Counted from the stretch's first letter, positions 44,871 through 58,436 are shown. The stretch: 64,000 nt of DNA from Octopus vulgaris (GCA_951406725.2 OX597827.1:6262001-6326000); one strand, 5' to 3'. The notes: generated by a model from the sequence alone, not told the origin. Made by a program: numbers and translations.

Positions 44871-44922
44871 CTTCAGAGCTGTGCCCCATCATGGCCATAG
44901 TCTAATGAAGTGTTCTGTAAGC

Positions 44923-45220
44923 CAATGCTATTCAGTGTGGTGGTCCGTGGACCGGTGCCAGTCCGTGAGCCATCAGTTGCCGGTACACGGCGATTTCCTA
45001 GAAAAGAAAGAAACATTATAAAATGCTTCTAAAATGCTTATGTAATATTGTATCATTTGTTTACAAAATAAATCTAAGATAAAAAAAAATTGTCAACTTT
45101 TATATTTATTATATATATATTGTTTCCGGTATAAATTCATATTACTAAGAAATATTACCGGTCCCTGGCATATTTGTAAAAAAACTACCTGTACACCACA
45201 GGTAGTTTGAGAAGCTCTTG
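44923..45220. mobile_element. hAT-like MITE
   Basis: Degenerate termini caatgctattca / tttgagaagctcttg; imperfect 8-bp TSD ctgtaagc / tggtaagc. Confidence 0.6.
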
Positions 45221-45350
45221 TGGTAAGCAATACTGGATCAACAATATGTACAGGCTTTGCTGCCTTCACTCCTAAAATTATCATTGAAGGTCATCATTGG
45301 ATATGAGCGGAAAGCCATCATAGAGGTATATACATATGGTCATATGTATG

Positions 45351-45392
<42 letters not shown>

Positions 45393-45397
45393 TGTCA

Positions 45398-45601
45398 AAA
45401 TGTGACCTCGTGTGTACCGTTGGCTATTTTTTTTCCTCTGTCTTCCCTTCTCTGGATCTTTCCTTCTCCTATGTTTCCGACGAAGAGCTCCGCTCGAAAC
45501 GTTAAACCCTCCTTCTTTCCTTCTTTCCAGAGCATCCAATAATACCATATTTGTTCCACGTCCTCGTGTTGTTGTGTTTTTTTGTGCTTTCTTGTTCGGA
45601 T

Positions 45602-45606
<5 letters not shown>
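45398..45606 (+). mobile_element. ~200-bp hammerhead-bearing element (family G) in (TA)n, copy 1
   Basis: GTTT-CCGACGA-A-GAGC-tcc-GCTC-GAAA-CG-TT-AAAC at 45473-45507; homologous to the copies at 53066 and 63709. Confidence 0.78.
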
Positions 45607-45642
<36 letters not shown>

Positions 45643-45857
45643 CATATTTAATTGTATATGTATATGTGCTTCTATGCATGTATGATTGTATACATGTATA
45701 TGCATACACATATAGACATATGCATATACATATAGACATACATACATGCACATGCACACACTTGGCACATATAAGAACACACCTGTATGTGAGTATAGGC
45801 ATTCCCTTATGTGTGTGTTTATACATACATACATATATATATATCTTTCTTTTTTCT

Positions 45858-46253
45858 TTCTTTTTACTTGTTTCAGTCATTTGACAGTGGCCATGCTGGA
45901 GCACTGCCTTTAGTCGAGCAAATCGATCCTGGGACTTATTCTTTGTAAGCCCAGTACTTATTCTATCGGTCTCTTTTGCCAAACCGCTAAGTAACGGGGA
46001 CGTAAACACACCAGCATCGGTTGTCAAGCAATGCTAGGGGGACAAACACAGACACACAAACATATACACACACACACACATATATATATACATATATACG
46101 ACAGGCTTCTTTCAGTTTCCGTCTAACTCACAAGGCTTTGGTTGGCCCGAGGCTATAGTAGAAGACACTTGCCCAAGGTGCCATGCAATGGGACTGAACC
46201 CAGAACCATGTGGTTGGTTAGTAAGCTACTTACCACACAGCCGCTCCTGCGCC
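45858..46253 (-). mobile_element. SINE family A, full length
   Basis: Head, body and tail as in 2954-3363. Confidence 0.88.
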
Positions 46254-46287
46254 TTATTTATATATATATATATATATGTGTGTGTGT

Positions 46288-46363
<76 letters not shown>

Positions 46364-47567
46364 ATAGATAGATGCATACGTACATAAATACATACAGATG
46401 CACGTGTACACACACACACAACACACATACATGCCTGCACATACACACATACACACACACACACAAACACACAAACTCTCAAACATACGCATTCAAACAT
46501 ACAAGCATACACACACAACCACACAAGCACATGCACACACACACACACACACACACACACAAGCACACACACGTAAACATATGAATATACACATCTGTAA
46601 AGAGAGAGATACTGCCATTCTGATCTCCCAATATCTTCTGCTTTATTCCTGAACAAGGTACATAACTCTGCCTGGTTTCATTTGCTTTAGATGGTAAAAA
46701 ATATACTCCATTCTCTACTAAGCAGTCGGTTGGCAGGGAGCTAATCTCAGTGCTTCTGTTGTGGTTCTTCACTCCATAAGAAATAGCAGTATAGCTTAAA
46801 AATAAAAGTCACATTAAGGTATATATTCTAAGGCATCATTCCCTAAAATAAAAGCAAAATCCAGGCTTATTGAGAGTTAAGTGTTAGCAACAATGCTTTA
46901 CAGTTATTCTTATTTAGCCCTGGGTCAGTACTGGTTGAGGAGACTTATGATTAAAGACAGTCCAGCCATGAAAATCATATCTTTTCTAAGCATTATAGAC
47001 TTAAGACTAAACTACATGGCATTATGTGGGTTACTTTTTTTTTTTTAAAGACAGAAGTGTAATTTGAGTGGGATTTAGGCTGCTGTTTTTGGCAGGTCAA
47101 GTAATTATCTTATTGGCTTGGCTCAGATGAGTGGTCAGGCTGTGGAAGAAGTATTCCTATAAATGTATATTTTCATATGTGAGTGTATGTAAATACAAAA
47201 CAACATTAGATATTTTGTGTGTGCATGTGTGTGTGTGTGCACACGTGTGTGTGAGTGTGTGCGTGTGCTTAGATGCATACACTCATTGATGTAATACACA
47301 CACACATATATATGCACATAGATGTATATACTTATATATATATATCTATGAATAACTAATGTAGGATAAAATTTTTTTTTTTTCGGGAAAAAATTTTTAT
47401 CAATGGCCAGCATATCAAAAAATACCTTTAAAGGTTAAATTTATCAATAATTTACAAAATAAGGGCAAATATGCCAAATATGCCGAAAAACAGACAAAAA
47501 TTGTCAATAACCATTATAATTTATGTGTCTCGAAACAAACCGATAGAAATTTCTAAAAAATCCATTA

Positions 47568-47628
47568 TTACCGTATTGGTCCCAATTTCGGGGTTAATTC
47601 ATAAGAATTTTCCCCTCTTCAGCGATAA
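47568..47628 (-). ncRNA. Type I hammerhead ribozyme with canonical core, inside a ~320-bp TA-flanked element (47347-47663)
   Basis: TTATCG-CTGAAGA-GGGG(aaAATTCttatGAATTaa)CCCC-GAAA-TTGG(ga)CCAA-T-A-CGGTAA. Stems I, II and III all pair, and the CUGANGA, GAAA and NUH (AUA) elements are intact. Confidence 0.82.
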
Positions 47629-47794
47629 ATACGTGAGATATAAGTGTAATACTTACCTATGAATATATATATATATATACACATGTGTCTATGTGTGTAA
47701 GTATGCACACACATACAAATCCAATACATCTATACTGCATTTCCCCTAATATAATATATATGTGTGTGTGTGTGTATTAGTGTAAGAGAGATGT

Positions 47795-48395
47795 AGTATG
47801 GATTTGCGCGGTTAACCAATGCCCTTATCCCAATAAGGTAACTGCAGGAAAATACTTTGCTAGCTGTGAGCCATTGTACCCAGCATTTGTTGACCTGGAG
47901 AAGATCATTGACAGAATTCCATAATCTGATGATCAGTGAGAAAGCTAAGGATGGGTGAATATTAAACACAAGCTTTGTACAGAGACGATGTCAATAGGAT
48001 GAGTGTGAGCCATGAGTACAGCAAGAAATTTAAAAAGCACCATCCGATCGTGGCCGTTTGCCAGCCTCGTCTGGCACCTGTGCAGGTGGCACGTAAAAAG
48101 CACCATCCGACCGTGGCCGTTTGCCAGCCTCGTCTGGCACCTGTGCAGGTGGCACGTAAAAAGCACCATCCGACCGTGGCCGTTTGCCAGCCTCGTCTGG
48201 CACCTGTGCAGGTGGCACGTAAAAAGCACCCACTACACTTACGGAGTGGTTGGCGTTAGGAAGGGCATCCAGCTGTAGAAACACTGCCAGATCAGACTGG
48301 GCCTGGTGCAGCCTTCTGGCTTCCCAGACCTCAGTTGAACCATCCAACCCATGCTAGCATGGAAAAACGGACGTTAAACGATGATGATGATGATG
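47795..48395 (+). mobile_element. Internally deleted RTE LINE: RT fragment joined to a family C 3' end with 3x63-bp tandem repeat
   Basis: AFVDLEKIIDRIP and QALYRDDVNRMSVSHEYS at 47880-48030; 63-bp unit x3 at 48033-48229; (GAT)n tail. Confidence 0.85.
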
Positions 48396-48868
48396 TAAGT
48401 ATCCACCAGCATTCTATCCTCAGCCCACTTCAGTTTAGCATAGACCTCTAGACTGTAGCATAAGAGTTTAAGATTGGATAAGTGTAGGAACTCCTTTCGG
48501 ATGAGATTCCGTATAGTTGAATCTGCAGTAAATTTAGTGAAGGGAATTCAGATGTAGAAGAAAAATTTAGAACCACGAAGCCTCAAGTAGGAAAGAAGAT
48601 AGTCCTTTCTTCTGTCAGGGACATGGTTGTGTTTGATATATGGAAAAAGGTGTTGGAAGAAATTCTGTGTAGTTTATCCAGTGAAAACTATGGATGCACA
48701 AGTGGTGTGTGTTGTGGGATCCCAGGCAGCTTAACAGGGAAGGTAGAGTTTGCATGTACAGCAGCAGTAAACACTAAGAGCACAAATAAAACAGATTCAT
48801 TCAAAAAAACAGATAGTTTTTGTTGCTTAAGTGATCTTATTAGCCAGTGAAGGTGATTTAGCACAGAA

Positions 48869-49056
48869 GTGGCTATGTGGTAAGTAGCATGGTTCTGGGT
48901 TCAGTCCCACTGCGTGGTACCTTAGGCAAGTGTCTTCTACTATAGCCTCAGGCCGACCAAGGCCTGGCCTTGTGAGTGGATTTAGAGGCTGAAAGAACCC
49001 GTCATATATAGACGGAAACTGAAAGAAGCCCGTCGTATATATGATGAAGCCTTCGG

Positions 49057-49098
<42 letters not shown>

Positions 49099-49322
49099 TA
49101 TGTGTTTGTATCTGTGGTTGTCCACGCAACATCACTTGACAACTGATGCTGGTGTGTTTATGTCCCATAACTTAGAAGTTCAGCCAAAGAGACCAATAGA
49201 ATAAGTACCAGGCTTACAAAGAATAAGTCCTGGGTTCAATTTGCTCGACTAAAGGAAGTGCTCCAGCATGGCCGCAGTCAAATGACTGAAACAAGTAAAA
49301 GAATAAAAAGAGTAAAAAGAGT
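48869..49322 (+). mobile_element. SINE family A with small internal duplications
   Basis: Head, body and tail present; ctgaaagaa.cccgtc is duplicated at 48989-49035. Confidence 0.82.
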
Positions 49323-49324
49323 AG

Positions 49325-49620
49325 TAACAAAGTATAGGCCTTGAATGTTGAGGATTTGTGAAGACAAGAAAGTCAGGAAGAAAGCAAGTGCTTCTAGATA
49401 TGTCAGTTGATGTACATGAATGATGGAGCACAAATGAGCTGAGAGAAAATTGGGTATACAAAAGATTAGATGAGTAGTCTGCTGTGATATCAGTATGTGA
49501 TGTGTGAGGAAACTGTGAACTGTATAAAGAAGTACAGGGTAATCAAAGTAGATGAAGCCTGTGGAAGAGAAGGACAGTGGGAGACGTGAAATAAGGTGGT
49601 GAAGACTAATCTTAAGATCA
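49325..49620 (+). mobile_element. Old RTE LINE ORF C-terminal relic
   Basis: Pieces STNELRE and ACGREGQWET*NKVVKTNL resemble the RTE RGRP.KTW..VV..DL region. Confidence 0.45.
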
Positions 49621-49987
49621 TAAAGTTTATCTTAAGATATCAAATGCTGCCAAAAGCTTGCTTCCTCTTCTACTTGTTGCCCCTCAAATCTTGATTTTGC
49701 TTCTATGTCTGAAATTACTTTTTTAAATCTAAGACAGATTTTGAGATAAGTACTTGCTCATCAGCCTCATAAAGTTCAAGTCAAAAGACCACATTGATTG
49801 AAAACATATGGTGCTGAATAAGACACATTCACCAATGCAAGCACAGCATAGTGGACATTAAACCTTTTACTGTGGAATTCAGATATATCTACTAAAATTT
49901 TTATCACCTTTAACTGTGGAAAGCAGGTTTATATACCAATCTATCTTTTGTTGAGGAATGTCATGTTTGAGACTATTTTTCATTGAG

Positions 49988-50237
49988 ATATCCTAAAAAC
50001 CACCATGATATCCTAAGACCACCTTGGTATCCTAAAACCACCTTGATATCTTAAAGCCATCTTGATATCTTAAAACCAGCTTGATTTCCTAAAACCACCT
50101 CAATATCCTAAAACTACCTTGATATTCTAAAATCACTTTGATATCCTAAAATCACCTTGGTATCCTAAAATCACTTTGATATCCAAAAACCACCTTGACA
50201 TACTAAAATCATCTTGATATCGTAAAATCACCTTGGT
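49988..50237. repeat. Minisatellite, ~19-bp unit (gatatcctaaaaccacctt) x~13
   Basis: Directly visible tandem units. Confidence 0.92.
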
Positions 50238-51605
50238 AATACTTGTCTATGAAAGTTCTGCTCCATACCCACTGGCATCCTCTCTACCCTGTCAATTATC
50301 ACACACACACACCCGTCCACTGTCATTTCATCTCCCATCACTTCTCTCACCTGAGAGTCACCATCCCCAGCACCTGCTTTCTCCGTTACTTGTCTTCCCC
50401 CACCTCAAACCACTTCTGTTTCCACCCACCCACCCACCCCCCGTTATCTTCCCCTACCTACTCTCTCTACCAATCACCTCCTTTGTATGCCTTCTCCCCC
50501 CTGCGTGGTTAAAACCTTGTTTATCTGCCATCACCCTCAATGCCTTGTGTATCTACCACAATCCCCCACCACTATGCCTCTCCCAAATTTCTCTCCTCAC
50601 TTGCCACAGTCACCTCTATCCTGCCCACCCATCCACTCCAAACTTCTGTATCACTTCATTTATTCTTACCACCCCAAATGTCCCTTGAGGACATGTCCCA
50701 ACACATCTTTGCCACCATTTCTCTCACTATTTCTCTCTTTATCTTATTCTCTGATTAGTCAATTCTCTTTATTGTACTCCCTTACTCACCCACTTATGCT
50801 TTTCAAATGGGGTATCCATGTACTTATTCTACAGCAAGACACCTGCCTCTGTCTATTTTTACCTTTCATCTCTCAAATGGCACAAAACCACACACTCCTT
50901 GATACTACTCCCACATCCCAGCTGAGTGGTTTTTGTCTTACAAGGTATTTGGCAACCCTGTCATACAAAGCACTGGTACCATGCAAAAGCATTGGTGCTG
51001 GTGCCACGTAAACAGCACTATACTGGTGCCACATGAAAAGCAATGATGCTGGTGCCACAAGAAAGGCATCCAAGTGGTTGATGTTAAGAAGGGCATCCAA
51101 CCAGAGAGAGACCATGCCAAAACAATGGAGCCTTGTGCAGCTCCTGACCCCTACCAGTTTTTGTCAAAATGTCCAATCCATGCCAGCATGGAAAACGGAT
51201 GTTAAATGGTGATTGTGATGATGATGATGATGGTGGTGGTCGTGGTGGTGGTAGTGGTGGTGGTGGTGATGGTGGTGGTGATGGTGGTTGTGGTGGTGAT
51301 GGCAGCGGACCGGACTACTGCATGTTGTTGCACACCACTGGTCACAATGCATTTCCTCGCATTGTTTTAGCTTTTGAATGATGCTATCTTGCTGGTTAAG
51401 CAGGCAGGTAGGCAGGCAGGCCAATATTCCCCCAGATCAGAGCTGCAGTCCCTTGCAAGGTTACCCATTTACAGCTGAGTGAACTGAAGCAACATAAACA
51501 GAAATGTTTTGCTCAAGAATACAATAGACCACCAGCACGGGGATTGAAATCGTTATCTTGCGATTGTGAGTGTGACACCTTAACAATTAGGTCAAACACC
51601 TTCAT

Positions 51606-51646
<41 letters not shown>

Positions 51647-51712
51647 CATTTATATGTATATATAAATAGACAGACAGATTATATAGATAGATAGATAGAT
51701 AGATAGATAGAA

Positions 51713-51751
<39 letters not shown>

Positions 51752-53007
51752 AGACAGACAGGCAGATAGATAGATAGATAGATAGATAGATTATGATTTT
51801 TTGGGGGACACACAGGGCTAAACACAGAAAATAGACGAAATACAATGTAGATAGATAGATAATGTGGTTCTTTTTGTATGTGTGCATGGGTGTCTGTTTT
51901 TGTGTGCATGTGTGTGTGTGCATTTGTGAGTGTGTGTGTGTGCATGTGTGTGTGTGTGTGTGTGTGTTTTAACATATAAATTGCTAAGTGAGATGTCAAG
52001 TTATTTTGTTGGTTGGTTCCCTTCTTTCTGTTATGTTGAAAGAAGAGAGCAGTCGTTGTACAGAAGAAGGTTGTGTAAGGGAAAAGAAAGTATTATAAAG
52101 AGGTAATAGATAAGTGGAAAATTGATAGAATGGAAGACGGCAACTTGTGAGTTAAGAAGTTATGCCAAAAAAAAAAAAATGCCATTTAAATAATAGGTGG
52201 TGAAGTGGAAGAGATAGTGTAACAGAGGAGAAGGGGAAAAGAAGTGAAAATAAAGCTCTGCAGTAGACAGGGAAAAATTAGAGAGGTAATGTGATTAAAT
52301 AACAGAGGTATAGGAAGTGAGTGAATGATAATGTGAAAGAGATATCGTGTATGACATCAAAGTGGTGAGAGCAACATTGGGAAATGAAGAAAATGTGCGG
52401 AGACAGAATTTAGTTGAGAGAAAAATGAGAGAAAAAAAAAATATATATATATATAGATGGAGCAGATGTGAAGAAATAAAGGAGGTATGAGAGTAAGTTT
52501 GTGAGAACATTAAAGAGAGTGAAAGTAAAACTAATAAGCATATCTAAAGGAAGACAAAATGAAGGCCAGCAGTTTTATTCTATGAGTTCAGAATGGAATG
52601 CAAAGCATTGAAACTGCTTGTAATACAAGCTATGTATTTGACCAGAGGATCAGCAATGAATATAGAGTTCAGCATTGGTTATAAAAATTTTGTTGTTTAG
52701 GCAGGCGCCAGGGAAGATAAAGGAAAAAGTGACAGATAACCTGCTGCAATTGTTAGTGACCAATTGAGAGGACCACCACTGAAATATAACCATGCAGAAC
52801 AATTTGGCAAGTTGCAAGAGAATGAGATGTTGACCGCTCAGGCTTTGCTTAACGTTTTTATCACTTTGGTACGGATGTGGTTGTGTGGCTAAGAAGGTTG
52901 CTTCCCAAACATGTGATCTTAGGTTCAGTTCAATCCCACTGCACGATAACTTTAGGGTAGATGTGGTAAATGGAAACTGAAAGAAGCCTTTTGTATACAT
53001 GCATACA

Positions 53008-53044
<37 letters not shown>

Positions 53045-53065
53045 GTTTACATATATTATAAACAT

Positions 53066-53261
53066 AATGTGACCTCGTGTGTACCATTGGCGATTTTTTT
53101 TTCTCTGTCTTCCCTTCTCGGGATCTTTCCTTCTCCTATGTTTCGACGAAGAGCTCCGCTCGAAACGTTAAACCCTCCTTCTTTCCTGAGCATCCAATAA
53201 TACTATATTTGTTCCACGTCCTCGCGTTGTTGTGTTTTTTTGTGCTTTCTTGTTTGGATTA

Positions 53262-53265
<4 letters not shown>
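53066..53265 (+). mobile_element. Family G hammerhead element, copy 2
   Basis: HHR motif at 53140-53173 with a 1-nt deletion in the core; (TA)n flanks. Confidence 0.75.
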
Positions 53266-53321
<56 letters not shown>

Positions 53322-53879
53322 TACGACGAGCTTCTTCCAGTTTTCATCTACCAAATCAACTCACAAAGCTTTGATCGGCCCGAGGCTATAGTACAAGACA
53401 CTTGGCCAAGGTGCCATGCAGGGGTACTGAACCTGGAACCATGTGGCTGGGAAGCAAGCTGCTTACCACACAGCCACGCCTACGCCTATATACATACATT
53501 TGTGTGTGTGTGTGTGGATGGGTAGTAGGAAATTTCTCTGTAAACATTGCACCATGCGAAAATTTGCCATATAAAACTTCATTTTAAATTACCTCATCAA
53601 ATTTTTTGAATGTTTCTCATTGAAATAAAGACCTGCCTATTTAATGATTTTATAAAACATTCTATTGTCCTATATATATATATTTTTTTTTTCAAAAATG
53701 GTGATATAATCATCCATACAGTGAATTTTTCTTACAATGAATTTTCCTACACTGCAAAATTTCATACAGCAAATTTTCCGGAGACAGTGTATGTGTATCT
53801 GTATATATATATGTGTGTGGTTGCGCACGTGTGTGTGTGTGTGTTTGTGTGTGTATGTATACATGCTTGTATTGTTTGC

Positions 53880-54130
53880 CGGCGGCTGGCGCAGCGCAAT
53901 CACCACAGGAGCAAAGACAGCTGAGGAGAGATGGATTCAGTCAGCAGAACAGAAACGCCAGATGTGGAAAGCCAGAGCCACCTGCACCAATAGCACAGCC
54001 CTTACCCACTTCTGCCCCACTTGTGGGAGGGGCTTTCTTGCCTGGATTGGCCTCAGCAGCCACCTCCGGTCTCATAGCAGCAATTCCACCAAATGATGTC
54101 AATGGTCATCTTTGAACCCGAAGGACAAAC
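53880..54130 (+). mobile_element. RTE (BovB-like) LINE 3' fragment with C2H2 zinc finger
   Basis: WRSAITTGAKTAEERW...CPTCGRGFLAWIGLSSHLRSH, followed by a short 3' UTR. Confidence 0.82.
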
Positions 54131-54605
54131 ATTATACATGCTTGTATGTATAAGTAATCATTATCATCATCATCATTTAATGTGTGTTTTCCATGTTGGC
54201 ATGGGTTGGATGGTTTGATAGGTGCTGGCTAGTCAGAAGACTACACCAGGCTTCAGTATCTGTTTTGGCAAGGTTTTTATGCCCTTCGTAACACCAGCCA
54301 CCCTGCAGAGTGGACTGACTGCTTTTTACATGGCATCTGCACAAGCGAGGGCAGTTTTGACATGGTTTTCATAGCTGGGTTCCCTTCCAAATGCCAACCA
54401 TTTTACAGCATGAACTGGATGCTTTTTATGTGGCACCATCATTGGTAGGGTGAACAAGTAACTTGCAAGACAAAGATTCTTTGAAAAGGGAGGGAACATA
54501 GGTGGGGGTGACCTTATGCAAGATGATGAAAGATTAAAGTGCAACAGAGAGACAGGAACAGGTATGTTGTTGTAGAGGATATACATGATTACCTAGCTAG
54601 AGGGA

Positions 54606-54815
54606 GAGAGCAAGAGAAAGGGTGAGAGTGGAAGAGAGCGAGAGAAAGAGTGAGAGTGGAAGAGAGCAAGAGAAAGGGTGAGAGTGGAAGAGAGCGAGAG
54701 AAAGGGTGAGAGTGGAAGAGAGCGAGAGAAAGGGTAAGAGTGGAAGAGAGCGAGAGAAAGAGTGAGAGTGGAAGAAAGTGAGAGAAAGGGTGAGAGTGGA
54801 AGAGGGCGAGAGTGT
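54606..54815. repeat. Minisatellite, 28-bp unit (gagagcgagagaaagggtgagagtggaa) x~7
   Basis: Directly visible tandem units. Confidence 0.9.
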
Positions 54816-55561
54816 GAGAGCACAAGAAAGAGCAGGAAAGAAATGGTGGTTAAGTGCCACGGCATACTCACAAGGAATGCAGATCAGATTATATATATGA
54901 GATGGTAGAGTAGAAAAAGAGAGAGATAGAGGGTGATGAAGTGCCAGGGCATACCCTCAAGTGACAGGGGTCAGAATATAAAGGATAGAGTATTGCCAAT
55001 TTTCTTTGGACTCTCACATTTTGTCCCCTTTTTTCTATCAATTATTCTTAGATTTCTAATACCAACTGCTCAAAGTTAACACACCATTTCTTATGGCTTA
55101 ATGTTTAGAAGAAATTTAATGCTAACCTGCAGGTATAACAAGTGTAGGCACATGGCCAAGTAGTTAAGGTGTTGCACTCATGATTGTAAGATCGTAGTTT
55201 CAATTCCCACAACGGGCAGCGCATTGTATTCTTGAGCAAAACACTTAATTTCATATTGCTCCAGTTCACTCAGCTACATCTAAATTAATTCCAGTAGTAT
55301 TTGGGAAATTTACCTTCCATGGTCTGGCATCTCATTCAGGTGAGATTCTCACTCATTCAGGTATTCCCACTCACTTAAAATTTATGGAAACCATGTTAAG
55401 CCCCGTCCATATGAGTCTTAGGGTTCTTGATAGAACTAAGCATGTGTTACACAACATAACATCAACGTTGAACAATGTTCTGTTAGCCCAGTATGCTTGC
55501 TAAGTATGTAGAATACACATTGTAGGTATAATTTGGCAGAATGTTTAAAATGTTTCCTTCA

Positions 55562-55958
55562 CAGGAGTGGCTGTGTGATAAGTAGCTTGTCTACCAACCA
55601 CATGGTTCCGGGTTCAGTCCCACTGCGTGGCACCTTGGGTAAGTGTCTTCCCTCAGGCCGACCAAAGCCTTTGAGTGGATTTGGTAGACGGAAACTGAAA
55701 GAAGCCCATCGTACATATGTATATATATATATGTATGTGTGAGTGTTTGTGTGTCTGTGTCTGTACCCCCAACATCGCTTGACAACTGATGGTGGTGTGT
55801 TTACGTCCCCATAACTTAGCAGTTCGGCAAAACAGACCGATAGAATAAGTACTAGGCTTACAAAGAATAAGTCCTGAGGTCGATTTGCTCGACTAAAAAG
55901 GTGGTGCTCCAGCATGGCCACAGTCAATTGACTGAAACAAGTAAAAGAGTAAAAGAGT
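55562..55958 (+). mobile_element. SINE family A
   Basis: Head, body and tail. Confidence 0.87.
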
Positions 55959-56447
55959 AATAATGAGATGATGGGTTCAAACCCATGTGTGGTATCTAGA
56001 GCAAGTATCATGTTTTCTGTGTGAAATTGGGTAGATGGAAACTGTATGGAAGCCCTTTGGATGGATTGCACCTGTATTTCAAAAATCAAGCCTTGTTACA
56101 ATATGTCAGGCTGATGTGAAAGTGTGTGGCTAAATGATTAGGGAATTCATCTCATGACCCTAAGGTCATGAGTTCAATTCTCAGTAATGTGCTGTGTCCT
56201 TGAGCAATACACTTTATTTCACATTACTCTAGTCTACTCAGATAGTAACAAATCACTTGCACCTGTAATTATTATACATATATTAATGTAGAACAGTATC
56301 CAAGGTGATATAATTGGAGAGTATAATAAAAGTTCTGTGATATCACCAGCAATAAATCTTAATTTAGAAAACTGAAGAAGTTTGACTACTATCTTCTATA
56401 TAATATATATATATGTATATATATGTATATCTTAGTATGTATCTATA

Positions 56448-56502
<55 letters not shown>

Positions 56503-56590
56503 TATATGTATATCAATACATGTTAACTATGTATATATATACACACACATGCATACATACATACATATATGTATATCCATACATGTTAAC

Positions 56591-56623
<33 letters not shown>

Positions 56624-57083
56624 CATCATCATCATCATCATCATCATTTAACATCCGTCTTCCAAACTGGTGAAATACATTCACATGTATTTCACATTCA
56701 ACATACCCTTCCAGCATAGCAGCACCCGCCAGACTTTTCAAAGTTGATCTGTAATAGTTTATAAAATAAGCAGCAGAATAAGTTGATAAATAATTGAAGA
56801 AGTAAAACTAGCAATGTTTTAGTGCAGGTGGTTGCCAACAGCCAAAATATATTGCAAAATTGTACATTAGGAATATCGAATATAATATCAAAAAACTTTT
56901 CAAAACTATATAAGAATTGCCAAATGTTTTTTGGTTTTTTTTTTTGAAAGAATGCAAGATATCGCAATGATAAATTTCAAATAAAGGAAATTGTTGTTCA
57001 AAAATTAACTATGCAGGGAAAAACTCTGTTATTATATTTCTAGCATGTGCAGGAAATTAGTAAAAGAAAAAAATTAAACAAAT

Positions 57084-57254
57084 AGGCGCAGGAGTGGCTG
57101 TGTGGTAAGTAGCTTGCTAAGCAACCACATGGTTCTGGGTTCAGTCCCACTGCGTGGCATCTTGGGCAAGTGTCTTCTGCTATAGCCCTGGGCCGACCAA
57201 TGCCTTGTGAGTGGATTTGGTAGACGGAAACTGAAAGAGGCCTGTCGTATATAT

Positions 57255-57292
<38 letters not shown>

Positions 57293-57503
57293 TTGTGTGT
57301 TTGTGTTTGTCCCCCTAGCATTGCTTGACAACCGATGCTGGTGTGTTTACATCCCCGTCACTTAGCGGTTCGGCAAAAGAGACTGGTAGAATAAGTACTG
57401 GGCTTACAAAGAATAAGTCCCGGGGTCGATTTGCTCGACTAAAGGTGGTGCTCCAGCATGGTTGCAGTCAAATGACTGAAACAAGTAAAAGAGTAAAAGA
57501 GTA
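57084..57503 (+). mobile_element. SINE family A, full length
   Basis: GGCGCAGGAGTGGCTGTGTGG head through to the GTAAAAGAGTAAAAGAG tail. Confidence 0.9.
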
Positions 57504-57984
57504 AATAAAATAAAATAAACTTTGATATTTGCTGTTAATAAAATAAAGGTTTAGAAATCTTTGCAATATTGCTTTATCACATTTTAACTAGAATCAACAG
57601 CAAAAATTGTTATAAAGGTGTGGTGTGTTTGACACACACACACACACACCATGAATAAATACATTGTTCTACTACCATAACTTATTTTTATTGTAACTAT
57701 TAATTGTTCTTAACATAGACATTAGGTTATAAACTGGGAGCAAGCAAGGGTTAGGGGATTGACTCCACTAAAGTACTTGATTGGTACTTTATTATAAACT
57801 TGGCACAAGCAGGGATGTGTGGTAACAAGTTTGCTTCCCAGCCACATAGTTCCAAGTTCAAGACTGCTATGTGGCACCTCAAGCAAGTATACTCTATAGT
57901 GGCCAAGGACAGACAAAAGCCATGTGGATGGATTTGATAGATGGAAACTGAAAGAAGCCCATTGTGTGTGTGTCACCATTCTTC

Positions 57985-58430
57985 ACCATTGACTCCGCTG
58001 GGTAGGTCACGTCCAGTGTATAGAGCCTTCTTGTCTCCCAAGGATCATGCTCTATGGAGAACTTGCAATCAGAACAAGACCCGGAGCAGGTTCGAAATTC
58101 CGCTTTAAAGACCAGCTGAAATGGACCTTGGTGCAAGCTAACATCCAGCCATCCTCATGGGAACAGATTGCCATGGATAGGACAGCCTGGAGGACTGCTA
58201 TCTGCAATGGAGCCATCTCCTTCAAACAGAACAGACAACAAAATGAGGAGGCAAAACGTAGGAGAAGAAAGGAGTGTCTTCAATATCCTCGACCAGCTCT
58301 GACCATCCCATGCGAGTTCTGCCCATGGCACTTCCACCACTGAGTTGGACTCCAAAGTCATTTTCAGCACAAACATCAGCTGAGGAGACTGGATGGAAAC
58401 TGATGAACCCAATGCTCGGATACAAGCTGG
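57985..58430 (+). mobile_element. RTE LINE ORF C-terminal fragment (second lineage)
   Basis: MLYGEL...RFKDQLK...WEQIAMDRTAWR...CEFC...GLQSH...H is the typical RTE C-terminus with a zinc finger. Confidence 0.85.
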
Positions 58431-58436
58431 AGCCAA

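Noticed and set aside
48033-48229. CRISPR-like array or repeat protein (21-aa repeat)
   Set aside because: The units are contiguous with no unique spacers, there are no cas genes, and the context is a eukaryotic LINE 3' UTR.
48400-48860. Minus-strand CR1/Jockey-like LINE 3' relic
   Set aside because: Only faint resemblance in translated fragments; not supportable by eye.
49041-49060. TGATGA-AGCC-ttc-GGCT hairpin inside a SINE A copy
   Set aside because: Lacks GAAA and stem III; too short to distinguish from chance.
49988-50237. CRISPR-like array
   Set aside because: Simple 19-bp minisatellite without spacers.
53737-54096. Host C2H2 zinc-finger gene
   Set aside because: A single finger in the context of an RTE ORF C-terminus, with the N-terminal part derived from microsatellite.
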